From Salpingoeca rosetta (taxonomy: Eukaryota; Protista; Choanoflagellata), in the NCBI GenBank assembly GCA_033442325.1, contig JAWQFM010000022.1:836746-900745 (forward strand): DNA of 64,000 nucleotides, in the 5' to 3' direction. The notes under the pieces are model-generated. The model was not told the DNA's origin, ran no database searches, and saw only the letters and a list, made by a program, of their open reading frames with translations. A program made the translations under genes and the position numbers. Shown here piece by piece: positions 1 through 11,055 of the stretch (positions within the stretch are counted from its first letter, which is position 1; the number at the start of each line of letters is the position of its first letter).

Positions 1-4
1 GCAG

Positions 5-274
5 GGCTTGCTGATTCAGGGTTGCATGTTTGACGGCACGCGCCTGCATGTGGCTGAGCGCGACTCGCCCACGTTTGCGCCGCTGCCGCACGTGTGTGTT
101 GGCTGGGTGCCTGCGGATCTGTTGGATGAGCAGGACGTTGCCAGCCGCACGCTGACTGTTCCCCTCTACGCGGACAACGAACGCCAGATGCTTGTGACGC
201 GGCTCACGCTGCCGTGCACGAGCCAGAAACGCAAATGGGTGCAGGCTGGTGTGGCCCTCTTCATTGCCCAGTAA
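5..274 (+). CDS. DYNC2H1: Cytoplasmic dynein 2 heavy chain, last exon (gene starts upstream of window)
   Basis: After a cag acceptor at 2-4 the frame reads GLLIQGCMFDG...VGWVP...VPLYADNER...KWVQAGVALF*, which matches the dynein-2 heavy chain C-terminus (GLLLEGCSFDG...GWIP...LPVY...WIQCGAALF). Confidence 0.8.
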   Translation, partial: GLLIQGCMFDGTRLHVAERDSPTFAPLPHVCVGWVPADLLDEQDVASRTLTVPLYADNERQMLVTRLTLPCTSQKRKWVQAGVALFIAQ

Positions 275-778
275 TTGTGTGATTGTGTGTGTTGTGTGTG
301 TTGTGTGTGTTGTGTGTGTATGTTGTGTGTGTTGTGTGTTGTGTTGTGTGTGTGTTGTGTGTGTTTGCTTTTGTGCTTTTGGAGAGTGCTTTGAACTTGT
401 GCCGTTTTGTGTGTCTCTGTGTGTGTGTGCGCAGAAGGGGAAAACAGAGAGAGAGAGAGGCAGAGAAGGCTTTGTGTTGGTGCTTGAACAAGCCCGTGTT
501 CATCAATTGGTTGCAGACAGTAAAACTGACAATTCGCGACGATGCTTGGGGTGCAACACGATAGAACGAGGGAGATGATGTTTTCAGCAACTCCACAATG
601 ACACCCCACTCCTTGAATGGGAATGGTTTGCAGTGCTGAACGGACGATGTTTTGCAGAGGATGACTTTACTGGTGAGATGACGGCAGGAAACAGTACACA
701 TCGATTAATAGGCGGAACGCAAACAGAAAACAACTCAAACATAAGTGGTCGACATGATCCGAGCAAGTCCAATTCAGT

Positions 779-835
<57 letters not shown>

Positions 836-871
836 ACAATGACAGCTTTAACGTGTGCTGGTCAAGGCAGT

Positions 872-1495
872 TCAAGCGTAGAGGGATGGCAAGTGGTTGA
901 GAATGGCGGCAGTGACATCGTCCCGCCCTGCATTCTCAGCGACGTCTGCGCCCAGCAGGTTTGCAACGTGGATCGTCGTGGGCAGCGGCATGTGCTGTGT
1001 GAATTCGTAGAAGTCGTCAGGCCCCTGTGCGAGGCGCAGCAGGTCCTCCTTGCGCTCCAACTTGACGCCATTGAACTCAGGAATCCCATCGTCGCCCTCC
1101 GCCGCCAAATCCTCGCCCTCCGTCGACAAATCCTCGATTGTCGGGCCGCGCTCCGTTCTGTCCTGTGAGAGGAAGGGCTTGATTGCCGGTTCCTCCGTCA
1201 CAAACACGCTGACGACGTCGTTCTCTGACGTGGGATGGAGGGTGTTGTAGGCCAGCCAGCGCGCAAGCGCCTCGCTTTGCCTGTGTTCGTGTGCCGCCTG
1301 CTGCAGCACCTGCCAGCCGTCGTCGCTGAAGTTGTTTCCAGGGAGGCTGCAGATGAAACATGGGAGGGGTGGAGGGGAAGGGGGAGAGACGGCGATAATG
1401 AGAGGTGAGTCACATCATACACTTGTCACATGCAAAAGGGGGGAGGGATGGGGATGGGTGGCTGCAGCAAAGCAAACACAACGTAGCCCACGAAA

Positions 1496-1556
<61 letters not shown>

Positions 1557-2285
1557 GCGTGTGCATGTGCGTGTGGTGCTTTGCTTGTCTGCTTTTACCT
1601 GATGACGGTGCAGCGCCAGTCGGATTCGATGAGATCCACAAGAGCAGGGATGTTGTCATCGGTGAGGCCGCACGCCTCAAACCTGAAACGGAGTGATGAT
1701 GATGATGATGATAGCATGGCCCGGCAGCAGCATTGGTGAGACAGGTGAACGTGCCGTGGACGCACAACACGCTAATACACACATGAACGCACTCATGTGA
1801 ACATGCAAACATCGACACTTGCGAACAACGCAGTAAACTCACGTGATGGTGTCGAGGTTGATGTGGGCGGCAAGAGTTTCCAGGAGGGTCTTGAACTGCC
1901 GCTCTCCAAACGCCATCTCACAGAAGCTGAAGGAGGTTGGAAAGGTGCAAGTGGGGGAGAGGGTCAACGAATCACACAGTGAGCTCCATCGTGCTGTGAG
2001 TTGATCATGCAAACAAAAAAAAGTACACACACACACATACACACATACACAACACCAGGCAGAGCGCGTCCAATCACTGGTTGGGGAGACCTGATGTGGC
2101 GCAGTTCGTGGGCGGTGTTGATGCACTGGACAATGCGGCGCAGTGTGCTGTCTTGCAGCAGGCCCGTGATCCTGCACATTGTGGTGGAATGTGGAGCGAT
2201 GTGAGAGATGTGAGTGAACACGCAGGCATGGGCGTGGGTATGAGAGTGAAACTTCACAGACAGCCGGCTACACACTTATATACTG

Positions 2286-2321
<36 letters not shown>

Positions 2322-5175
2322 ACACACAGACACACACAGACACACACAAGCAAACAAACAAACAAACAAAACGTTGTCGCTTACGTGAGCTCGCCGACGG
2401 AGGTGGCATGTGCTGCAAAGCCAAGCAGAAGCTCAGAGCCATCACTGGGATCGACCGAAATCCTGCAACAAAGATGTAAAAGAAACAAACGCACACGCAT
2501 GTGTGTATGGGTGCGTTAGGATAGTCTTGAAGCTACTCGATATGCGTACGCACACGTTCACCAACATCAACACAAACAAAATGTACAAACGAACACAAAA
2601 ACAAACGAACGAACAAACGCATAGACGATCAAACAAAACGAGCAAATCAAACATCACCAAACACCCTCACAGACGCATAAAGAGTGACGACAACTCACGT
2701 GATGCGGGAGATGTTGCATTCCGGGTCGTTCAAGCGATCGGCAACGCGGCGCACGCTGTCGGTTGCGGTGGGCAGCTTCTCCAGCTCGTCGAAGCGCCGT
2801 GCGCGTGCTTTGTCGTTCTCCACGTCCTTCTCGTACACCTGCTGGCGCAGCACGCACACCTCCGCCAGGGCACGGTCCATGCGCGCGCGGGCAGAGAGAA
2901 GCTCCCGCCGCTGCTCCGTGATGGGCACACGCGCGTCCTCCCCACCCGTTGTGGCAGCAGCGTCGTTGCCCGAGGGCGTGCGGGTGAGCGCGCTTGGCGT
3001 TGGCGTGACACGCGCGTCCTCGGTGGTGTCAATGCCGGTTGTCTCCGGCACGGCGCTCTGCACAATGTCGCGCTCAAAGTCAAACGTGAGCGCGCCGGCC
3101 ATGTCAAACTCGACCAAGTCGCCGAGCGTGGGCGCGGCTGCTGGGTCCGCTGCGCTGGCGGCGGGTACCAGGCGGTACACGAGGCGCTTGTTGCAGAAGG
3201 AGAACAGCTGGGACGTCTTGCGCAGCTGCTCCTGCATGAAGGCGCTCACACACTCTGCGGCGCCCTGGTCCACGCGCTCGGCCACCACGGCCGCCGCAGA
3301 GTCTGCGACAGCACGAATGTGCGCACCAAAGCGCTCGAGGCGCACGGCGCTGGCGTCGGCGGTCAGGGTGGTGCGCACAAAGTCGCGCACGAGCGCGGAG
3401 AAGCAGTTGTTGTTGCGCAGCTCCCGCTCAAGGTCGGCGACCTGATGGCGCACGTCGGCCATGAGGTTGCCGGCAAAGCGCCGCATCTCAGCGCTCGGCA
3501 GCGGGCTGCTGGGCGCAAATGTCTTGCACTGCTGCAGCAGGTGGTCGTGGAGGTCGTGGAAGGGCTGGATGAGCTGCTCAACCCTGTCGCGCATGGCCGC
3601 GTAGAGCTCCGCCTTGCGCTCTGTCAGGGCGCGGATGGTGCGTTCACGCACGGCAGCCTGCACCACGGAGCATGGCTGTGCATATTGCGCATACGTAGTC
3701 AGCGTGGCATCATCATCATACTCGTCGTCGGAGCTAGCTTCGCCATTCGACGCTTCCCCTTGCCCAGAGGTTGTTGGTGTTGCTGCTTTTGTTGTTGGGT
3801 CCTCAAAGGGGACACCAAGGGCGGCGATTGCCTCGCTGTTCTTGCGGTAGTGCATGCTCAGCATCTGCACAAGCTGGCCGATGATCACGTGGCCGAAAAA
3901 GTGCTCGAGGCCGTCACACACGCAGCGGCGCAGCGCCTTGATGCCGCCCATGTGGAAGCGGTCCCTGTTCTGCGTCGGCGGCTGCAGCCTGGCCATCTCC
4001 TGCTGCTCGCTGGTGGACAGGGCGTGCAGCACGCTGGCTGTGATGGCGCGCACGTCCTGGCCCAGGCCTGCGGCGAGCGGCGTCCAGCCGTACTCTGCGT
4101 TGATAAAGTGGTTTGGGTCACCGTACTGCAGGAGGTCCGTCGGGTACTGGTCGGCGTGAGTGATGACGCCAATGGCCACGTGGTCGAGGTGCTCCTCGTG
4201 CAGCAGCTGCATGGCCGGGTTCTGGTTGGCGGGCGTGGTGACCTTGCTGGTGAGGAGGAAGAGGGCGTTGTCGCGGTAGCGGCGCACGTAGCGCTTGGCC
4301 AGGTCCTGCGTGTCCTCGGGCCGCGGGGCGTAGTTGTGGCCCTCGGCCTGGATGATGCCGGGGAGGTCGAGGATGTCAGCGTTGAAGTAGTACGGCGAGT
4401 GCAGCTCGACGACAATCTCGTACTTGAGGCTGACGCGCAGCAGGCGGCCCTGCTCGTCCTTCTCCTCGGCCATGAGCGTGGCCATGCGTTCCTTGATGGC
4501 CTCGGCGAGCCAGGGCACGGGCACGGCGTCCTCCAGCAGCTCAGCCGTCTCGCCCGCGTGCTCGCCCGTGAAGGCGCGGCAACGCACGGCCTTCTTGTCG
4601 CCCTGCACTGCGCCCGCGGCCTCGTCGTCCTGCGCGTACTGCACCCAGACGGTGGGCATTCGGGTGGGCCCGTGGCGCAGCTTGACCATGGTTGGCATGC
4701 GGGTCATGAGCTCGTTGGCGACGGGGAACAGCGGGCGCCCAATCAGGCGCTGCAGGGCAAGGCTCTTGCCAATGTTCTCTGGGCCAATCGAGACAATGTG
4801 CGGCACCGTGTCCGTGGAAAGCAGGCCGCCAAAGTCCTGAGCCAGCAGGGTGCGGATGGCCTCCGGCATGACCTCGTTGAAGCTTGCAATGACGCTGGCG
4901 TCGGCGTCAAAGATGCCCTCTTCTTCATCGTCGTGGTAGAACGAGACGTTTTGGTGTTGCAGCTCCAGGGACTCCGCCAAGGTGAGGTCGCGGATCGTGT
5001 CTGTCATGCGTTCTCCCGTGAGCGGCGACGTGATGCGGGCCTTGTCTGGAAACATGGCAAAGTACTCCTCCAAGGTTGTCCGGTTGTATGCGCGTCCGTC
5101 CGCGGCAATAACCACCTTTTGCGCGTCCTTGTTGAGCGGCGTGAAGGTGAGGTTGTCGAGCGAGTTCAGACTCAT
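872..5175 (-). CDS. U-box + dynamin-family (Mx-like) GTPase + coiled coil + RI-type LRR protein, 6 exons, ~1092 aa
   Basis: Exons 5175-2699, 2462-2385, 2171-2091, 1926-1843, 1682-1599, 1346-872 join in frame through GT-AG phase-2 introns (3279 nt). U-box-like VVIAADGRAYNRTTLEEYF...TSPLTGERM; dynamin motifs HIVSIGPENIGKS, LFP...MTRMP, DLPG, THAD; LRR-like units such as SFCEMAFGERQFKTLLETL, TFEACGLTDDNIPALVDLI and SLPGNNFSDDGWQVLQQA. Confidence 0.8.
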
Positions 5176-6247
5176 CTTGGCGTTGCTTTTGTTGGGGTCC
5201 GTGGGGGTGATGAGGGTGAGATCAAAGTTGGTGTGCGTGTGTGTATGTGTGTCCTGCGGAGGCGAGAGGAGAGAAAGTTGAGTTGTCCTGCGGAGAGGAG
5301 AGATAAGACGAGTGGGCTGTCCGGCGGAAAGGAGGGGGGGGGGAAAGACAAGGTTGCGGGCTGGTTGCAGTTGGTTGAAGCGGGTTGCGGCTGTCGTTCC
5401 GATGCGAGCCGGTGCGTGTGTGCGTGCGTGCGTATCTGGGAGAGAGGGGGTGGCTTGCTTCTTTGCTTGCTTGTCGGCGTTTTGCTCTTCGTTCCTCAGT
5501 GCAACGGGTCTCTGTTGTCTGGCTGGCGTACGAGTGGAAAATGGCACACTCAGCCACAAGACAAACAAAACAGGCAACTCACTCACAACAACAAAACAAG
5601 CAAGCAAAAGCAAGCAGACAAAAAAGTTGTGTCTGTGACAAAGCCCTCGCGGTGTGCGGGTTGGTTGGTGGATGTGTTGTTGGTCGTGACGCTGCGCCAA
5701 ACAAGCAGCAGCGGCAGCGGCAGCGGCTTGCGACTCAGCAAAAAACACAGTCGCACAGTCACGTCACCCGTTGATGACTCATCCACTGAATCAGTTGATG
5801 CTGACGTCAGCAGAAGCTTGCCAATTGCACGAACTTTGCCAATTGAGACAGCTTGAATCGGTGGAGGCCGGTTTTTGGTGCGTCAGCGATTTCTTTCCCT
5901 CCCCGCACAAACAACACTGGCATTTGTCCACACACACAAACAAAACTGACACCGGTCAGCAACCACAGCAAAGAGAAAGAAAGAAGACGAAAAGAAGAAC
6001 AAGGCAGAGGAGAGTCAGTCAGTGCCACACCATCATCAAAGACCAGCCAGCCAACGCAGCCAACGCCGCCAAGCCAACGCAGCCAAGAAGCAAAGCCAAG
6101 CAAACACAGCAACGTCCACTGCAGCCCCAGTAGAGAAGCACTTGCTGTTGATCCATTCGTCAAACCTCTCTTGCTCGAAGCCGCGTGACAGCTTTCCACC
6201 GTCACCCACATCACCCCCACACACATCACACACAGAGATACACCGTC

Positions 6248-9200
6248 ATGGGAGACCACCAAGTGAGTTCGTGCACGCGCCATGGTTTCGTGCACCTCAC
6301 CTGTTCAGTGATTGTATGGATGAAGCGTGAGCACGTTACTCTTTTGTGGCCAGCTTTGTGTTTTTGTGTGTTTCCTCCCTGCCTGCCTGCATGCTTGTTT
6401 GCCTCATCCTGTCCACTTGCCTTATCCTGTCCACTGTCCGTTCTCCACCTTCATGTGGTGGCTGCACTCACACCTGTGCTCGCTTTTTGGCTTGTTCCTT
6501 CAACGACAGGCCCCCGCCATGTCGACACAGTTTCGAACAGACGTAGGCGACTCTTGATTGTGTGTGTGTATGTGTGTGTGCGTGTATGTGTGTATGTGTG
6601 TGTGCATGTTTGTGGATATATGTGTGTATGTGCGTGTATGTTTGTGGATACATATGTGTGTGTGTGTACGTGCGTGCGCACGGCCACACAAACGGCAAGC
6701 CTGCATAAACAGCCAGCCGGCCTGCATACCACACGTCGCCCCTTTCCTTTTGTCGTCGACAGTTGTATCGCGCCTTAAGAGCCTCACACACCCTTGCTGT
6801 GCGCTTGATGGCAGGATGTGTTGGCAACCAAAGGCACAACGTTTGAGGACTATGGCCTGAAGCGTGACTTGCAAAAGGGCATCTATCAGCTCGGCTTTGA
6901 ACGACCCACCCCTATCCAGGAAGAGTCCATCTCCGAGGTGCTCCTCGGCCACGACATCCTCGCCCGCGCCAAAAACGGTCTGTACGTGCGTGTGCACGTC
7001 GTTGTCGTTCGGGTGTGTATGTGCGCGTGCGTGTTGTCGATGTGTGTGCGTGTGCGTGCGTGTTGTCGATGTGTGTGTGTGTGCGCGTGCGTGTTGTCGA
7101 TGTGTGTGTGTGTGTGCTGGGTCTCGTATCGCGCTGTGTCGACATGTATGGTGCAGGCATACTTTTTTTTGCAGAATGTCGCTCGCTGTCCGTTCAAGCC
7201 ACTCGCCAACTCACATCGGCTCACACACACACACACAAAACATACGCGATACACACGAAACACACACACACACAAAATACACGAAACACACACATACACA
7301 CACCAAACAAAATGCACTCACACACACACACAACAAATCACCAAACACTCAGGCACTGGAAAGACGGGCGCATACCTTGTTCCCATGCTGAACCGCATTG
7401 ATGTCGACAACCCCGCCGTTCAAGGTAGACATACTCACAACAAATCTGCACAGGTGCTCCCTGTTGCGCGTTTGCCTTCGGTAGCGTTAGGCACAGCAAC
7501 CCCCCCGTCCTTCTCTCCTTTTCCCAGTCTGGTTCACCCTCCCTCCGTTCCACCCTGTTTTGGGTTCCCCTTTCTACACCCCCTTTCCCCTTTCCTCGCT
7601 CCTTTACCCTTTACAAGGCCGGCCATCCATTCGCCCATTGCTTGCTGTGCATCAGTGCAGTGATGTTCTATTTTTTTAATACATGTTAGACTACTGACGC
7701 TCACTCTGTGTGACGACAACCTTCATACTGAGCACATGCACACTCTCCTTTGCAAGCACCGGCAGCCCACCCCTGTTTCTCTTCAACTCTCCTCTTTTGT
7801 GTTCAACCCCTCAATGGTTGCTTTTAGTCAAAATCCTGTGTGCGGTGATGCTTAATCACTTTTCATCTTGCACATGTTAGAACTGACACCTACATGGTTG
7901 ATGTACTCTGGCCGAAAGGCTTTTCAAGTTCCTGAGCAATGCTGTCTGTGCCTCCTCTCAAGTCAACGTTCACACGACATCCACATTCATATCCCTGCCC
8001 ACCCCTTTTGCTCTGCCCTCATTGTGTTTGCATGTGTCGGTTTCAGCCATCTTCAACAATCACCCTCTTTTCGTGTCGCTCACTCCAAATCGTCGTGCCC
8101 TCCTGTACTTTGCACCCCTCCTTCCTCCCCCGCCCCTTGTGCGCAGCGCTTGTGCTTGTGCCCACGCGAGAGCTGAGCTTGCAGACGTCCAAGACAGCCA
8201 AGGACCTCGGAAAGTTCCTCAACATTCAGGTTGTGTGCACAACCGGCGGCACCAGCGTGCGCGATGACATTCTCCGCTTCAAGAGCACAGGTGTGTGTCG
8301 CTTGCTTGTTCAATCGAAGGGAACCCGGCTGCACTTCTCCTCGCGTTCATGGGTGCCTTGCTACGCACATGTTGATTGTGCGAGTCACGTTACTCACCCC
8401 CCCCCCCCACCACACACACCCCTCTCTCTCCCCTCGCTATGTTTTACTTTCTCTCTCCTACACACCCACACCCACACCCACACCCACACACACACACACA
8501 CCCACACCCACCCACCCACCCACACCACACACACACACACCACCACACACACACACCACCACCACCACACACACACACACACACACTACGATCTCTTAAT
8601 GTTCATGTGTGCAGTGCATCTGGTTGTCGGAACGCCTGGTCGCGTGCTCGACCTCCTTGACCGCGGCGTCATCCGCTCCGCCGAGATTGAAATGGTCGTC
8701 CTTGATGAGGCCGACAAGCTTCTCGACAGAACCTTCCAAAGTCAGTGCGCAACCTTGCATGCCAGCCTTGCTTGCATTTCTCGATGCGCATGTGCGTGTG
8801 TTTGCCGTCTGCCTTTCTTCGTCTTGCACAACCACCGACTCACTTGCTGACTCACATGCCATCATCACGTCATCTGCACCTGCATTTGCCGACTCCAAGG
8901 AAACATCACACGCATCATTAGCTACCTGCCCCGGCAGGACAAGCAGCTCATGCTCTTCTCTGCGACCTTCCCGCAGTCTGTGAAGGACTTTACTGTGAGT
9001 CAATTGCCGCCTGAGCTGGCCCCGCATGCGCAAGCACGCGCACACATGCGTTCTGCCACGTGTTCAAATTCAAGTGTCCTGTGTCGTTCCTCACCCCCTT
9101 TGTGTCATCGTGGTTGACCTCACTTTTTATTTTGTGACTGCAGCGCCGTTACATGCGACAGCCAAAGAAGATCAACCTCATGGACACACTCACCCTCAAG

Positions 9201-10583
9201 GTATCAAACACGGCTCCTGCAGTTGTTGCAGTCATTTCTTTTCACTCTGCTGGGGAGGAAGAATGGTGTTTTTGTTTGGTGCACACGCTCACTACGGCTC
9301 GTGGGTGCTGTGTCCCTTGTGAACAAAGGGTGTGACTCAGTACTATGCCTTTTTGGAGGAAAAGGATAAGCTTCGCTGCCTCAAGACCCTTTTCAGCAAA
9401 TTGCAGGTGTGCAACATGCGTGTGTGTGTTTATGTGTGTGTTTGTTTGTGTGCGTGCTTGTGTGTGTGTGTGTGTGCGTGCGTGTGTGTGTTGGTTGCGT
9501 GTGTGTGTGTGTGTGCGTGCGTGTGTGTTGGTTGCGTGGTGTGTGTTGGGTGTTGGGTGTTGGGTGCTGGAGCGTGTCTCAATACCACCAGCGTGGATTG
9601 CTCACCACGATTTTTTTTTGTTTTGCTTCGTGTTTCATTGCGCGTGCAGATCAACCAATCGATTATCTTTTGTAACAGCGTGAAGCGCGTGGAGGTGCTT
9701 GCCAAGCGCATCACCGACATGGGCTCCCCGTGCTTTTACATTCACTCCAGCATGGACCAGGATTCCCGCAACAAGGTGTTCCAGCAGTTCCGCGAGCGCA
9801 AGTGCCGCCACCTCGTCTGCACAGGTATACACGAAATCTCGCACTTGCCGTGTTGTCGCCACAAGCTGTGTTTTGTGTTGTCGCCACAAGCTGTGTTTTG
9901 TGTTGTCGCCACAAGCTGTGTTTTGTGTTGTCGCCACAAGCTGTGTTTTGTGTTGTCGCCACAAGCTGTGTTTTGTGTTGTCGCCACAAGCTGTGTTTTG
10001 TGTTGTCGCCCCAATTTCATTTCTCTCCTCCTCACCCTCTCTCCCCTCGCTCACTCACTCTCTCCACACTCACTCACGAAACATGCAATGGCTGTTTTTT
10101 TTTTTTTCCTTCTTGATTGGCTGTGTGCATTCTGTTCTGCTCAGATTTGTTCACGCGCGGTATTGACGTGCCGACGGTGAACGTTGTCATCAACTTTGAC
10201 TTCCCCAACTCCTCTGAGACGTACCTGCACCGCATTGGCCGGTCGGGTCGTGGTGGCAGGCTGGGCCTCGCCATCAACCTCGTCACACAGGCGAACACAG
10301 AGGCATTTTCGCGTATCGAGCGGGTACGTTGACACATGTGCGCCTTCCGGCTTGGTGTGGTTGTGGGTGTTGTGTGTTGTGTGTGGTGGTCATTGTGTCT
10401 GGATCTCTCATTACGTTACCTTCTCACTCACGCATGCCTGCTTTGTGCTGCGGTTGCTTTTGGCTCTTGTTTTTTTTTTTTTTGCTGTTTGTTGTTTGTT
10501 TGCAGGAGTTGAACATTCACATTGATGCGGTGCCTGAGGAGATTGACAAGTCGTTGTATGTTGACTCGTCTGTCGCCGAGTAA
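6248..10583 (+). CDS. DDX6: DEAD-box RNA helicase DDX6/Dhh1, multi-exon
   Basis: Spliced motifs [78 protein letters not shown], and C-terminal IDKSLYV. The two short 5' exons (6248-6262, ~6510-6542) are inferred from splice sites. Confidence 0.95.
7655..7735 (+). ncRNA. Intronic box C/D snoRNA, SNORD104/snR58-like (LSU rRNA C 2'-O-methylation guide)
   Basis: Terminal stem GTGC/GCAC; box C GTGATGT (7660), D' CTGA (7694), C' GTGACGA (7710), D CTGA (7728). The D' guide ACATGTTAGACT is antisense to conserved LSU rRNA AGUCUAACAUGU and resembles SNORD104 GTGTTAGACTGCTGA. Confidence 0.75.
7841..7938 (+). ncRNA. Second intronic box C/D snoRNA candidate
   Basis: Stem TGC/GCA; box C GTGATGC (7845), D' CTGA (7883) preceded by ACATGTTAGA, C' TTGATGT (7898), D CTGA (7932). 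Also carries CTTTTCATCTT, antisense to LSU AAGAUGAAAAG. Confidence 0.6.
9851..10010. repeat. Perfect 25-bp minisatellite (~6.4 copies) in a DDX6 intron
   Basis: Unit TGTTGTCGCCACAAGCTGTGTTTTG repeated head to tail without spacers. Confidence 0.95.
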
Positions 10584-10736
10584 ACGACCCGATGACATGA
10601 TCGCTTGCAATAAGACCATCAATGTCAACAGAACAGATTTGCTGCGAGTTGGGAAGAGAGGCGGAGAAGGATGTGGCACGACTGTGGTGAAGAGAAAGAG
10701 AGTGTCAAAATGGGTGTGGGCATGAGCAGGAACTGA

Positions 10737-10776
<40 letters not shown>

Positions 10777-11055
10777 TGTGTGTGTGTGTGTGAACGGTGG
10801 GCAATGCAGTGCCATTGGGAAAGCGGACCGTTTATGATTGTCGTCATCATCAAGCTTTGGTTGTTGATGCGACGGGCTGTGGGTGGTGTTGGCAGAGGAC
10901 AGGGTGCATTTACAGTTACAATCATCATCCCACGGGAAACACGAACAAAAACACACAAGGCAAGCAGAGGAAGGCACTGCTGCCGTAAATGTGCGACACG
11001 AGTCACGCTGCGCAACAGACGTGTGCACACGCTCGCTGGGGGCTCGCCATCACAC

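Noticed and set aside
5176-5748. N-terminal 191 aa of ORF 2695..5748
   Set aside because: Low-complexity, UTR-like sequence with a non-ATG start. ATG 5175 directly precedes the U-box and is the better start.
2410-5856. 1148-aa ORF on the + strand
   Set aside because: Antisense shadow of the GC-rich dynamin-like exon. It has no recognisable motifs and its ends run into microsatellites.
9851-10010. Possible CRISPR array
   Set aside because: Repeats are contiguous with no spacers, the context is a eukaryotic intron, and there are no cas genes.
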